DNA of 54,982 nt, filler included, from Stramenopiles sp. TOSAG23-3 (GCA_900128585.1; 4 parts of 4 records of this genome joined end to end with filler, not necessarily neighbours in it), one strand, 5' to 3'. Counted from the whole stretch's first letter, positions 1 to 11,668 are shown. The notes: generated by a model from the letters alone, not told the origin. A program made the numbers and translations.

Positions 1-3000
1 GCTGTTACATGGTTGAGCTACACGTATTTGTTCGTGCGTATGATGCGTAACCCAATGGCCTACGGCATTAGTTACGAGGAGAAACACATGGATCATCGTT
101 TGGTTCGGAGAAGAACAGAGTTGATACAGTCAGCAGCACGCCAGTTGGATGACGCTCGTATGGCGCGGTACGACGCAAAGTCTGGTAATTTGGCCATCAC
201 CAGCCTCGGGCGAGTGGCAAGTCACTTTTATCTGAAGCACGAAACGATCATAGAGTTCAATAAGAAGCTAAGTCCACATCTAGCAATGAAAGATGTGCTC
301 GACTTGATTTGCAGTGCAGAGGAATTGGACAACGTGCGAGTCCGTGACGAGGAGCTTAAAGAATTGGACATGATCAAAGCAAAAGCCCCCTTTGCAATTA
401 AAGGCGGGATTGAAAATAAGAACGGAAAATGCAACGCGCTGCTGCAAGGGTATATATCCCGAATATATCCACGATCCTTCACGTTGGTATCAGACACACA
501 TTACGTGGCACAAAATGCCGCTCGGGTTACTCGGGGGCTATTCGAAATCTGTCTCAAGAGAGGGTGGCCTGGGCTATCCGAAACCTTCCTTACCCTTAGC
601 AAGGCGATAGACAAACGCACGTGGTGGGAACCTATCTGCCATCCATTGCGGCAGTTTGAAAAACTTCCCATGGAACTTGTACGGAAACTCGAGGAGCGGG
701 ATGTACCGATGAGTAAATTGTATGACTTCTCGGCGCAGCAGCTGGGCCAGTTGGTACGATACAAACGAATGGGAGACAAACTTTTGGACTACATTCGTCA
801 GTTCCCCGCATTGGACATTCAAGTTAAGCTCTTGCCGATAACCAGGACCATTTTGAAGGTGGAGTTGGAGATATACCCTGACTTTATCTGGTCGGACAGA
901 AATCATGGCAACATCCAGCCATGGTATATATGGATGGAGGATTCTGAAAATGACAGGATTTATCACTCGGAATACTTGATGATCACCAAAAAGCAATACC
1001 TGTCCGAAGAGCCCATTCAAATGGTTTTTACCGTGCCAATCTTTGAGCCACTGCCTGCGCAGTACTACATACGGGCCGAAAGCGACAGATGGATCGGCGC
1101 CTCTCACGTAATAGCAGCATCGTTCCAACATTTAATTTTGCCAGACCACCGGTCGCCGTACACGGACTTGATGGATTTACAACCGCTGTCAATTAAAGCA
1201 CTACAAAATAGCGACTTCCAGAGCCTGTTTTCATGGACGCATTTTAACCCCATTCAGACGCAGATCTTCCCAACGGTTTACCACACGAACAGGAACATAT
1301 TGCTCGGTGCCCCTACAGGAAGTGGGAAGACAGTAGTGGCCGAACTGGCAATGATGAAATTGTGGCGAGAAAGGCCGGGCGCAAAAGTAGTTTACATCGC
1401 ACCTCTCAAAGCACTTGCGCGAGAGCGCCATTCGGACTGGAGGCGGAAGTATGGACCGACGTCGCGTGTTAGGCGGCAGGTGGTGCAGCTGACGGGGGAC
1501 GTCACCCCCGATATGCAATCGTTGAAAAATTCGCATATTATAATAACCACTCCAGAAAAGTGGGACGGTGTGAGTCGTTCTTGGCACAGGCGGTCGTATG
1601 TGAAGCAGGTCGAACTGGTGATCATTGATGAAATCCACCTACTTGGTGAAGATCGTGGCCCTGTGTTGGAGGCGGTCGTCAGCCGCATGCGGAACATTTC
1701 CACGCAACTTGAGAATCCAATTAGACTGGTTGGCCTAAGCACTGCACTTGCGAACGCCCACGACTTAGGATCATGGATGGGGATACGGAAAGTTGGCCTC
1801 TATAATTTTAGGCCATCGGTGCGACCGGTGCCGTTAGAAGTCCACATCTCAGGTTTTCCAGGCCGCCATTACTGCCCACGGATGGCAACTATGAACAAGC
1901 CCACGTACATTTCGATTAAGACATACAGCCCCGACAAACCGACGCTCGTGTTTGTTTCTTCACGGCGTCAAACGCGGTTAACGGCGCTTGATCTGATTTC
2001 ACTGTGTGCAGCAGAAGAAAACCCCCGCCAGTTCTTAAGGATCGCTGAGGATGAAATCGATATTCTTAGCCAAACCTGCCGCGACAAAGCCCTGCAAGAC
2101 ACCCTGCCGTTCGGGATAGGCATACATCATGGTGGGTTATGCAGCCAAGACAGGGAAATTGTTGAAAAATTGTTTCTGGAAGGGCACATTCAAGTTTTAG
2201 TCTGCACATCAACGCTTGCGTGGGGTGTCAATTTCCCCGCCCATTTAGTGGTGATAAAAGGGACGGAGTACTTTGACGGGAAACTAGGACGGTATGTAGA
2301 CTTTGCCATAACTGATATTTTACAAATGATGGGGCGTGCGGGACGACCACAGTTCGACAAGGATGCAGTCGCGTGTGTATTGATTCATGAGCCAAAAAAA
2401 GAGTTCTACAAGAAATTCCTTTACGAGCCGTTTCCTGTCGAAAGCAAGTTGTTGCATGGCGACGTATTGCACAACCATGTAAATGCTGAAATATCGGGCG
2501 GCGTGATTGCATCGTTGAAAGATACAGTTGAATACTTAACTTGGACATATATGTTTCGGCGAATTTTGAAAAACCCGTCGTTCTATGGACTGGATGATGC
2601 GAGCGATGATACTGTCGAGAAGTTCTTGCTAGATTTGTGCAAACTAGTGCTCCGCGATTTGAAAGACAGTGGGTGTATCGAAGCGTCCGGCAGTCTTGAA
2701 GACATTGGACCGTTGCCGTTGGGCAAGATCGCATCGTATTACTATATTTCGTATAGGACTGTATTTTGCTTCTACGACAGAATAACAGAATGGAACCGCC
2801 CGACCCAAAAGGATGTGTTTAGGTTGCTTTCCGATGCAATTGAGTACGATGAATTGCCAGTCCGACACAACGAGGACAAACTGAATGTAGAGTTGGCAAA
2901 ATTCTGCACGTGGTCGATCGACGAAGACATGGCTGGCGACCCTCACGTCAAGTGCTTTCTGTTGCTGCAAGCACACCATTTTCGCATAAAATTGCCCATG

Positions 3001-3540
3001 AGTGACTACATCACAGATTTAAAGTCTGTCATGGACCAGGCATTTCGAATCACGAGTGCGATGGTGGACATCTCAGCATACGTGGGTAACTTAACTGCGA
3101 CCACAGAGGCAATAATGTTGGCACAAAACCTGAAACGAATCTCCAAGAATGGGCGGGAGAGACCTAGTATTGATTTGGACATTGCCCTATTTGACCATCC
3201 GGGCAGCACCGAGATACCAGAAGGCCAGAACCTTGTTTTAGATAACGTTTACAAGCTACGCGTGGACATGTTTGCAAAAGCGTTGCCACCGAAGCAGAAA
3301 GGCAGTTCCCGCAGAGCGACCTGGTGGGTCATTCTTGGGGAGAAGTCTTCCAATACAATTTTCAGCATCAAGCGGTTTTCCTTTGGAAACCGTCATATTG
3401 TAAAACAGGAATTAGAGTTTTCCTTTGATATTCTGGGCACAAAAGTGTTGACTTGCTTTCTTATGTCAGACAACTTGCCAGGAATTCCAGTGGAGAAAGA
3501 GTTTGTCAAAGGAGTGGTGTCCGACTGTCTTAAAGTTTAA
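1..3540 (+). CDS. ASCC3: ASCC3/Slh1 Ski2-like RNA helicase, C-terminal portion (first Sec63 unit plus second helicase cassette); 5'-truncated by window edge
   Basis: Frame is open from base 1 (AVTWLSYTYL...). Walker A GAPTGSGKT, DEIH, GLSTAL, QMMGRAGRPQFD and Sec63 LPVRHNED motifs are present. GFPGRHYCPRMATMNKP is typical of ASCC3 rather than Brr2. Confidence 0.93.
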   Translation, partial: AVTWLSYTYLFVRMMRNPMAYGISYEEKHMDHRLVRRRTELIQSAARQLDDARMARYDAKSGNLAITSLGRVASHFYLKHETIIEFNKKLSPHLAMKDVLDLICSAEELDNVRVRDEELKELDMIKAKAPFAIKGGIENKNGKCNALLQGYISRIYPRSFTLVSDTHYVAQNAARVTRGLFEICLKRGWPGLSETFLTLSKAIDKRTWWEPICHPLRQFEKLPMELVRKLEERDVPMSKLYDFSAQQLGQLVRYKRMGDKLLDYIRQFPALDIQVKLLPITRTILKVELEIYPDFIWSDRNHGNIQPWYIWMEDSENDRIYHSEYLMITKKQYLSEEPIQMVFTVPIFEPLPAQYYIRAESDRWIGASHVIAASFQHLILPDHRSPYTDLMDLQPLSIKALQNSDFQSLFSWTHFNPIQTQIFPTVYHTNRNILLGAPTGSGKTVVAELAMMKLWRERPGAKVVYIAPLKALARERHSDWRRKYGPTSRVRRQVVQLTGDVTPDMQSLKNSHIIITTPEKWDGVSRSWHRRSYVKQVELVIIDEIHLLGEDRGPVLEAVVSRMRNISTQLENPIRLVGLSTALANAHDLGSWMGIRKVGLYNFRPSVRPVPLEVHISGFPGRHYCPRMATMNKPTYISIKTYSPDKPTLVFVSSRRQTRLTALDLISLCAAEENPRQFLRIAEDEIDILSQTCRDKALQDTLPFGIGIHHGGLCSQDREIVEKLFLEGHIQVLVCTSTLAWGVNFPAHLVVIKGTEYFDGKLGRYVDFAITDILQMMGRAGRPQFDKDAVACVLIHEPKKEFYKKFLYEPFPVESKLLHGDVLHNHVNAEISGGVIASLKDTVEYLTWTYMFRRILKNPSFYGLDDASDDTVEKFLLDLCKLVLRDLKDSGCIEASGSLEDIGPLPLGKIASYYYISYRTVFCFYDRITEWNRPTQKDVFRLLSDAIEYDELPVRHNEDKLNVELAKFCTWSIDEDMAGDPHVKCFLLLQAHHFRIKLPMSDYITDLKSVMDQAFRITSAMVDISAYVGNLTATTEAIMLAQNLKRISKNGRERPSIDLDIALFDHPGSTEIPEGQNLVLDNVYKLRVDMFAKALPPKQKGSSRRATWWVILGEKSSNTIFSIKRFSFGNRHIVKQELEFSFDILGTKVLTCFLMSDNLPGIPVEKEFVKGVVSDCLKV

Positions 3541-4333
3541 AAATCCGAATCCAAAAGGGCTGGCTTTGCAGCAGTTCATCACAACATTATTTTGTTGTTG
3601 TTGTTGTTAGTTGTCGCAAATTTCAGACTTTTCGTCGGCGCTCCTCCTGTAACACAGCAAAAAAACGATATACAAGTACACAGCAAAGAAAAGAGGAGTT
3701 TACTGTTCTCTCATCTCTGATTGGTGATTGAGTGGAAGGAATATAGGAGGAAAGAGGTATAATAGAAGCTAAAAAATAAACTTGATATCAAAAATAAATC
3801 TTACCAGCAGGAACACAACATCAACAAAATACTATTTTCAAAATATATTAAGCAACAACAAACCGGACACAAAAAAAACACACAAATAAAAAACGAAAAG
3901 TGGGGAAATTAGACTACACAAATATGTACTTATGTATTAATTGGCAAATTGATTGGGTTATTTTTTTTATCAAAAAATACAAAATAATAATCAATTCCTC
4001 TTTTTTTCTTCTTTTTCTTGTTGTGTGTTTTTTGTTGTTTGTTGTCTTCTTCTTCTCATTCTTCATAATATTATTATTATCGCAGCCGCCGCCGACCACC
4101 AAATGCCAAAAAAAAAATAAAAAGAAGAAGTGGCTGAATCAAACAAAAGTGTTTTTTTCTTTAGCAGAAGGTTCAATCTCCACCATTCTTCCAGACTTTC
4201 TATCGCCCGATATTAAATTCATTTCAATTAACAGGATTCACCCAATTTTTGAAAAGTAAGAATTTTCTAGGATCACCGTTTTGTACGACTTGTTCTGTCT
4301 GGAAAGGATTTTATCAGTCGCGTATAGAGTCCA

Positions 4334-7300
4334 ATGAGAATAGTTGGTGGCTACTTTCTGCGTGGTGTCCACGTGGCCGTCCTTACATTTTTCTTCGTTG
4401 CAACCTTTGATAATGCCCTGTCTGAAGTCTTGTACTCGCGCCCCATAATGTTTGACGACAAACATTATGGGGATATAAAGATATCTTCCAAACGTGAGCC
4501 TGTAGATACAATTCACGCATTTTGTAAAAAGCACAACTTACCACCGCACGTAAAGCGTGGTATCATGGTGGACGTCTGTAAGCAAGAAAAAGTAGTATGC
4601 ACGCGTGACAAACCGGTCTTATTCCGGACGCCGATAACTATAAACGGAACAAAGCTAGGCGTTCTAAAAATTTTAGAAGGAGAAGAACCCGCAGATATAA
4701 TATTTCATTTTGCACGTACAAGACCGAAAGTGACTGCCAAAATGAAGAAGGCGCTTTTGCGTCATGCTTGCAAAGCGATGAAGTGCACGCGGAACAAGGC
4801 TGTTGTTTACACTAAGCCTTTGGTATATGAGGGTAAAACGTACCCAAAAATAGTGCTGTACGATGACGGGAAAGAGCCTAGTGACAAAATATACAAATTC
4901 ACTTATGCCCACGGCCTGCCCCGTCATATTCATAGAGCAGTCGTCACGGACGTTTGCTCAGTAGAGTGGATAGAGTGTCAGCGAACTGCCCCTGTGGTCT
5001 ACCGGGCCCCGATGCTTATTCCCAATAGAACAAAACCGGTGGAGTTAGAAATTTACGAATCCGAAGAGCCAGCAGACAAGGTCCACCATTTTTTGCAGAA
5101 ATATAATTTGTCCAAAGCATTGTCGAAGAAGATATTGCTTCGGGCTTGCCGCAAGACGAAGTGTAGCCGAACAGAGCATGCAAAGTTTGTAGATTCAGTG
5201 CACCACCCCGTACAGAAAGAAGATATCCATGTTGGAATTGTCGATGGAGTAGAGCCGGCAGACGTGCTGCAACAGTGGTCGGTCGAGTATGATATTCCGC
5301 GTTCTCTTCGGGAAAAGGTGCTCAAACGTGCTTGTAAGGTTTTCAACTGTACCCGGGAAAGGGCAAAACTTTACGAAAGGCCTATCATGTACGATGACGT
5401 GGACCAAGGCAACGTTGTCGTGCTGGAAGACGAAGAACCCGCGGACATCGTGCAACAATTTTGTTTGAACAGAAGCCTCCCGGTAGAATTAAGAAACACA
5501 GTGATCGAAGACGCCTGTAAAACGGTGAAATGCACAAGGCTGGACCCAATTATTTTGGAAACAGCGGTAGTCGACGAGAATGGTACTTGGTATGCAAATG
5601 TTACATTTTTTGACGGAGAGGAACCGGCGGATAAAATTTACAGCGAAACGAAGGATACGAACATTACGCACGAAATTAAGCACGAGTTCTTGCTGCAGAA
5701 TGTTTGCAGTGTGATTCCATGCAGGCGTGATCGTGCGATCCTCTTTCAAAATCCAGTTGTGGCCAACGGCAAAAAATACCCTGACTTGATTATTTTTGAT
5801 GCCCCAGATCAAGAACCAACGGACGTCGTATACAATTATTGCAAAAAACACCAAATCCCTGGCTTGCACATGCAACTCCTAACGCATGCATGCCAGGCAG
5901 CGCGGTGTTCTCGTGCAGAGCCCATAATATTTCGGTCCATCATATTGGGAGAGAAAAACGAGGAACTTGGGACGTTAAAGATAAAGCAAGGCGAAGAGCC
6001 CGCTGATGCAATTTTTGAGTTTTGTAAAGAACAAAACTGCACGGAACATTTTCGCCGCAATTTGTTGACCCAAATATGCCCCACAGAGGGGATCGAGTGT
6101 AGTCGCGCAGAGGCGATGATCCTGAGCGTGCCCGTTGTGCACCCTGATTATGGAAACTTTGGGACTCTTTACGTACCGGAAAACAGAGAACCAGCGGATG
6201 TTGTTGAAGAGTTTTCAAATAAAATATTTTTGCCTCGAGACTTTCGTGGTTCAATCATCACTCACGTTTGTAATTTATTTGGAAAACACTACTGGTTCAA
6301 AAATTGTACTCGTCGGCTTCCGTTGTTACTGAACCAAAGTCTGAAGGTGGATAACAGAACTCTCCCCAGACTCGAAATATTCGGTGCAGGGGAGCCTGCG
6401 GATACCATAGATCGTTGGGCAGAAGAATATGGAATCGAAAAGCATATAAGGGACACAGTCATACACAATTTGTGCTCCCGAGATAATTTCCAGTGCAAGC
6501 GCACGATCCCCTGCATATTTCGGATAACTGTATCAGAGTTTTCTGAATCGCCGTTGGAGGTAATGGAGAACGAAGAGGCCATTGACGCTGTCACAAAATA
6601 CATGCGCATAAACGGCGCCCCGCAGCACAAGCGACGTCAACTATTTGACATTGCCTGTAAAGCCCCCAGGGTGATCTGCACCCGCAGGAAAGGGGTTTAT
6701 TACAAAAACACTGTCCAAGGAATTGACGAACCGCTTGTCATCTGGGATGATAATCTTGAGACGGTTGATGCTATTTACAAGTGGGGAAAACGAAATAATT
6801 TGACCTGGATGGAGCGGGATAGAATATACCGGGCAGTTGTTCCAGTAACGAAAAGCGGTAGAGGCGAAGTAATGATTGCATCGTTTCCTGTAAACAATGA
6901 CACGGTTCCTTACTGCCACCGGTTGCTGCAAAATGCTCCATTTCGTGAATACGAGCTGTTTTCAGGAAGCCTGGTTGCCCTCATGTTATCGGTCCCACTC
7001 TTGACCGTGAACGCGTTTGTAGGCGTTAACCCAATCCTGTCGTCCTTGTACCTTGGGCTGTCTGCGGCATTATCGTATTTTGTAGCCGAGCCTTTATCGG
7101 TTGCTACAAGGGTACCATCCCCACAGCTCGAGGCAACGAACTATTTTAATCTTTATCACGTGGCCGATGTCATGGTACGCGAGGGTCAACAACCGTACGA
7201 CGCCGTCTACGAATTCGGAAAATCACGAGAAGGGGCAAAGTTTGAAACGCTGCGTACGCCCAAATTCGATCATATTTTTGAAGGCCTTTGCGAAGACGAG

Positions 7301-7876
7301 GGCGTGAAATGTAATCGCAGGTTCGCGCAGGAAGAAATGTTCAAGGCGGAAGTGAGCCAGCATGGACACAAGCGATTTCTTCATTATATGAAACCGCTGA
7401 ATGAGTCGAAGTGTAAACCAATTGAAGAAAATGGCGTCCTGGGGACAACATGCACTAGGCGCCAGAGCAGAAGATTTTGCAAGATGTTGGACCCCCCTCC
7501 ATCAAGCTGTGTTTCGCAAATCATGGGACTGATTAACCAGCACATGGTGACTTACAACAAGCGAAAGTGGAACGGCCGGCGCTTGTATCGAACTTTGGAC
7601 TCTCTAATGGATGCAAGCAATGCCACGATGTGGAAACGGTATCTAAAAGCTAGAAAGGAATTCGTAAAACCATGCTTCCCGGGGCCAACTCCTTTAGGGT
7701 TTTCAACGATGGAGCGGGATAGGCTGCACACCCTTGGGTCTGCGTGGGGTAGTGTCGGAAAAGATCCGGATGAACGTGCATTTTACGACCAGCCTTGCCG
7801 AATAGTCTTTGGGGCTATGTGCGCAAAAACGAAAAAGTCTGGCGACATGATAATTGAAACGATGCAGCCGGAATAA
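4334..7876 (+). CDS. Secretory/membrane protein with about 14 Cys-containing ~62-aa repeats, a hydrophobic hairpin and a C-terminal degenerate J-like domain
   Basis: 1180-aa ORF with an N-terminal hydrophobic signal. Repeated E-P-x-D-x-I-x-x-F...C-x(3-6)-C-x-R units, a hydrophobic segment at ~6956-7087, and a tail LYRTL..DAS...KRY...AW..V..DPDERAFYD. Confidence 0.8.
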   Translation: MRIVGGYFLRGVHVAVLTFFFVATFDNALSEVLYSRPIMFDDKHYGDIKISSKREPVDTIHAFCKKHNLPPHVKRGIMVDVCKQEKVVCTRDKPVLFRTPITINGTKLGVLKILEGEEPADIIFHFARTRPKVTAKMKKALLRHACKAMKCTRNKAVVYTKPLVYEGKTYPKIVLYDDGKEPSDKIYKFTYAHGLPRHIHRAVVTDVCSVEWIECQRTAPVVYRAPMLIPNRTKPVELEIYESEEPADKVHHFLQKYNLSKALSKKILLRACRKTKCSRTEHAKFVDSVHHPVQKEDIHVGIVDGVEPADVLQQWSVEYDIPRSLREKVLKRACKVFNCTRERAKLYERPIMYDDVDQGNVVVLEDEEPADIVQQFCLNRSLPVELRNTVIEDACKTVKCTRLDPIILETAVVDENGTWYANVTFFDGEEPADKIYSETKDTNITHEIKHEFLLQNVCSVIPCRRDRAILFQNPVVANGKKYPDLIIFDAPDQEPTDVVYNYCKKHQIPGLHMQLLTHACQAARCSRAEPIIFRSIILGEKNEELGTLKIKQGEEPADAIFEFCKEQNCTEHFRRNLLTQICPTEGIECSRAEAMILSVPVVHPDYGNFGTLYVPENREPADVVEEFSNKIFLPRDFRGSIITHVCNLFGKHYWFKNCTRRLPLLLNQSLKVDNRTLPRLEIFGAGEPADTIDRWAEEYGIEKHIRDTVIHNLCSRDNFQCKRTIPCIFRITVSEFSESPLEVMENEEAIDAVTKYMRINGAPQHKRRQLFDIACKAPRVICTRRKGVYYKNTVQGIDEPLVIWDDNLETVDAIYKWGKRNNLTWMERDRIYRAVVPVTKSGRGEVMIASFPVNNDTVPYCHRLLQNAPFREYELFSGSLVALMLSVPLLTVNAFVGVNPILSSLYLGLSAALSYFVAEPLSVATRVPSPQLEATNYFNLYHVADVMVREGQQPYDAVYEFGKSREGAKFETLRTPKFDHIFEGLCEDEGVKCNRRFAQEEMFKAEVSQHGHKRFLHYMKPLNESKCKPIEENGVLGTTCTRRQSRRFCKMLDPPPSSCVSQIMGLINQHMVTYNKRKWNGRRLYRTLDSLMDASNATMWKRYLKARKEFVKPCFPGPTPLGFSTMERDRLHTLGSAWGSVGKDPDERAFYDQPCRIVFGAMCAKTKKSGDMIIETMQPE

Positions 7877-8165
7877 AGCGGGCAATTTATTATATGATAT
7901 GTTGATATGTTGTCGAGTGCAACGCAATGTAGTTTTCGTAATCTTAGCACGCCTTGAAATTTTATAAAAGTAAATCTTAGAATTACCCCCCTCGCGTTTA
8001 GAAGTGAACCCGTGGTATTACAGCGTATATAACATTTTACTTAAATAACAGCCAATTTTCTTGTTTTTATAATTTGTTTTTTTTTTTACAGCGCGTGCAC
8101 GTTAAACATATTCTGAACTTCCTTCTGGGGTCATGTGCATGTCGTTTCTTTCAATATTTAGGATT

Positions 8166-9062
8166 TTACAGATTATCACTCTCCTCGCCCCTGACTTTTA
8201 ATGCGTACCCAACACTAACGATCGCACTGAGGAAGATGACGATTGAAAGACTAATTTCAAAGCCTGCCATTAGCTCAGTGTTTGCAATGAACTTCTTTTT
8301 CAAGTCGCTGGCCGCTGGGTAATACTCTGACACCATGGCCTCCGGCAGCGTGTTCCATTTGCTTTGGGCTATCCCTTCAGCACTAGTATAGTAGTCGCTG
8401 CCCCCTTCTGTCTTCGGGAAAGCTGGATCTACTTTGGTGTCGTTGCCCAAATCGCTCACTATTACCCCAAACACTAGCATAATGGTCGCAAAGGCAATGG
8501 CAACAAACGCATACACGAAAAGTTTCAGTGAAGACTCTGAAGCCGAGGCAGAATAGCATAATATGCCAACCGCGATGGTCACGATCATGAGCGGGATGAA
8601 ACTGTTTGTTGGCACGGTCACTGAATAATTTGCGCTGTTTGGCACTGCGGGGTCTTCGTAGTTGTTGCACAAGCGTTGAAACATGCAGGTGACTTCAAAA
8701 CCCAGCGCCGCGATGAATATTATACTCACTGTGAAGAATCCCATGACCATTTTCATTACCTTGAATTTAACCTCTATTTTGCTATGTCGAATTCTCGCTC
8801 GGTCGTTACCACCACCCCCCTTCTCGTCACCGCGGTTCTTCCGTTTCTTCTTCTTCCTTTGCTTTTCTATATCACCGCCAGCGTCGTCCACATCCTCATC
8901 ATCGTCTCCACCTTTTTCTTCTGTTTCATCGTCCGCGTTATCGAGTAGACCTTCCTTTTCGTCCGCATCTCCTTTCGCTTTCTTTCTCTTCCGCTCCCTT
9001 CGTTTCTTCCTCCTCTCTTCTCTAGTCTCCGTCATCTGGACGCCGTTGTCCTCGTCTGACAT
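8166..9062 (-). CDS. Four-TM membrane protein with tetraspanin-like topology and a charged N-terminal tail
   Basis: 298-aa ORF with four hydrophobic helices and a larger loop between TM3 and TM4. The tetraspanin CCG motif is absent. Confidence 0.65.
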   Translation of the reverse strand: MSDEDNGVQMTETREERRKKRRERKRKKAKGDADEKEGLLDNADDETEEKGGDDDEDVDDAGGDIEKQRKKKKRKNRGDEKGGGGNDRARIRHSKIEVKFKVMKMVMGFFTVSIIFIAALGFEVTCMFQRLCNNYEDPAVPNSANYSVTVPTNSFIPLMIVTIAVGILCYSASASESSLKLFVYAFVAIAFATIMLVFGVIVSDLGNDTKVDPAFPKTEGGSDYYTSAEGIAQSKWNTLPEAMVSEYYPAASDLKKKFIANTELMAGFEISLSIVIFLSAIVSVGYALKVRGEESDNL

Positions 9063-10330
9063 GTTGTTGCTTCGTTACGGTTTTGTCTATGCTAAGGTCG
9101 CTGCAGATGCTCCACGTCTTGAAATTGTATAAGACGGTATTAAACATTTCTGGTACTCGGCATAGATTTCTTTCTTTACCGGTCTTCTTCCGATGACTTC
9201 AACAATAACTGTTGGTTCCTAATATATAAAAATTACTGTAGTTAGTATAATATAGTAGTATAATAAAAAATAAAAAAAATTATTTTTTATATTTTTTTTT
9301 TGAAAAAAAAAAGAAGAAGTTATAGAGAGTAACATATATAACAACAACAACAACAACTCGAAAATCATCGTAATACTATACTATACGAACATTAATATAT
9401 TCACAGCAAAAGTGAATGTTGTTGTGACCTATTCTTTTAGTCACTAAATCCCGTTTGTACACCCATTGTACACTATCGGTTAGTTAAAATTAATTATAAT
9501 AAATTAATTTTTGAATTTCAATTATTTATACGTATTTATTGAAATAAAATAAATATTTAAAAAATATATTATTTATTGGCCCCGTTATACTGTACAGTAG
9601 GAATAAGCTAATATTTCTGTAGTTAATTAATTACTTGTATATTAATAAATATCTACATAAATAACATACGTACAATACCATTTCATTTTTGTTCGATAAT
9701 GTAATACTGTCCTCGTAAATCAAGTTATATGTGCATATAGTTTAAATTAAATATATTTAGAATATTGATCCTGTGATAGAGACATCCTCGTACTAGTAGT
9801 TATATGTGAGATCGGATTTTTTATTTATTTGCTTCGTTTTTTGTATTTTATTTTCGTTTGTATTAATACGCGTATTATTCCTAGTAATACTACCTGGTGT
9901 GGATTTTGTTAAAATTATATTTAGTCTTTTTTCTTTTATTTGCTATTTTATCGCTTTAATTATTACACCGACCTATTCTCTTCTAGGGAATTTTTAATAT
10001 TGGATCTTAGCCCTCCTTATCCCCGATGATTGTTTTTATCACTACTATTATTATATTACCCGCTGTATTTGATTTACCTAGTTAGCTATGTAGATAAAAA
10101 AGTAATAATATTATACCAAGGAGGTAATAAAGACGACGACTAATAAATAATAATACATTTTTTTATTACACTGAATACATCTTTGATTTTTTTACTGATT
10201 TCCATCTGAAATAGTGTAAAACAAATAATGGATTTAGGCTTGTATGCATAAAAGAAGGAAAACGAGTTCACCACCCGAGTGTATTCGAGAGCAAATAGTC
10301 GCGGTCTTTACTTTACGCGTACGTAGGAGG

Positions 10331-11668
10331 ATGTCAGCCGGGCATGGTGGGTGGATATGGGGAGTATTCCTTAGCTTGTTAGGTTCGGTTTCCACAAACC
10401 TTGGGATGATTCTGCAGAAACTAGAATTTATGCGTACTGCCGCCAGACTAGAACGGGGAATAGACGTAGAAAATAAAACAAGTGTCTGCTCCCAATGGCG
10501 TTGGTACATTGGGTTTACATTGTTTATTTTTGGGCAGCTATTTAACGCCGTTGCTTTGAGTTTTGCCAGTCAGTCTATGTTAGCCACTTTGGGAGCGTTC
10601 TCTTTGGTGTCCAACACATTGTTTGCTCCATTTTTGTTAGGCGAAAAAGTATATTGGACACACTTGGTTTCAGTTTGTCTTATTGTTGTTGGCGCCGTCA
10701 CTGTAGTGTTAAACTCCAACCACGCCGAGCACAACTTTGACGTTCAGCAGCTTGTGGCGCTCTACAAGCGTCCCGCGTTTATTGGGTTGCTGAGCTTTAC
10801 GGCCATCAGTGTTTTCCTTACTTTGGTGCGACGGTATGTTGCAATGCGAAAAGGCGAGACCCTGCCGGGGCACCTATATGCATACTTGGCAGCGGTTTTC
10901 GGCTCACTGTCTGTTCTCTTTAGTAAAAGCATATCTCAACTGATTAAGCAGACCGCAATGGGGAACAACCAATTTAAAAGCCCCGTTACGTATTTCATTA
11001 TTGTAATGACGGTCGTTTGCGGGGTCTTGAGCATTAGGGCCTTGAACGAAGGGTTGCAAAGCAGCGCGAAGGCCTTGTTTTTGATTCCATTTTATTTTGT
11101 TTTGGTTTTGATTGGCCAGGTTGGCTGTGGGGCTTCTTATTTTGGCGACTTCGATTCTATGGGAACGGCCCAAACCATTTTTGTGTGCGGAGGGGTGACG
11201 CTCACCATTGTCGGGGTCTGGATCAGCAGCATGCATGATGTGAAAAACGATGAAGTCTTGAAAGTTGTGACGAACGACGAAGATGCCCCGGGCATAGAAA
11301 CGCCAGTGTCGTTCGTTGGCAACGACATAGACGAAAACAGGGATAATGCAAAACCGCTGCCCCGAATCCGTGCTTCTACGTATGGGACAACGCGCAGCTC
11401 GGGCACCCTCAAACGGCGTTCCATCGTTCGGCGCGCAAGTGTGAAACGATTTTCGCTTCACAGGGAAGCTTACTCAGAATCCTTCACACCAATTCTACCA
11501 GAGCTAGAAGAAACGAACCAAACGGTGACTGGGAACACCGGGAGAGATTCGACCGAAACATCTGCTCAAAGTATGAACGAACGTCTTATTTCAGTCCAAA
11601 CAACCCCGAAAAAACGATCCAAACGGCGTTACTCCGTCTCTGTTATTGGAGGCCTTGGTGTTTGTTGA
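10331..11668 (+). CDS. NIPA-family magnesium transporter (DMT superfamily)
   Basis: WxWYIGFTLFIFGQLFNAVALSFASQSMLATLGAFSLVSNTLFAPFLLGE, SVLFSKSI and LNEGL...LFLIPFYFV motifs with about 9 TMs. ATG 10331 is preferred over 10244. Confidence 0.9.
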   Translation: MSAGHGGWIWGVFLSLLGSVSTNLGMILQKLEFMRTAARLERGIDVENKTSVCSQWRWYIGFTLFIFGQLFNAVALSFASQSMLATLGAFSLVSNTLFAPFLLGEKVYWTHLVSVCLIVVGAVTVVLNSNHAEHNFDVQQLVALYKRPAFIGLLSFTAISVFLTLVRRYVAMRKGETLPGHLYAYLAAVFGSLSVLFSKSISQLIKQTAMGNNQFKSPVTYFIIVMTVVCGVLSIRALNEGLQSSAKALFLIPFYFVLVLIGQVGCGASYFGDFDSMGTAQTIFVCGGVTLTIVGVWISSMHDVKNDEVLKVVTNDEDAPGIETPVSFVGNDIDENRDNAKPLPRIRASTYGTTRSSGTLKRRSIVRRASVKRFSLHREAYSESFTPILPELEETNQTVTGNTGRDSTETSAQSMNERLISVQTTPKKRSKRRYSVSVIGGLGVC

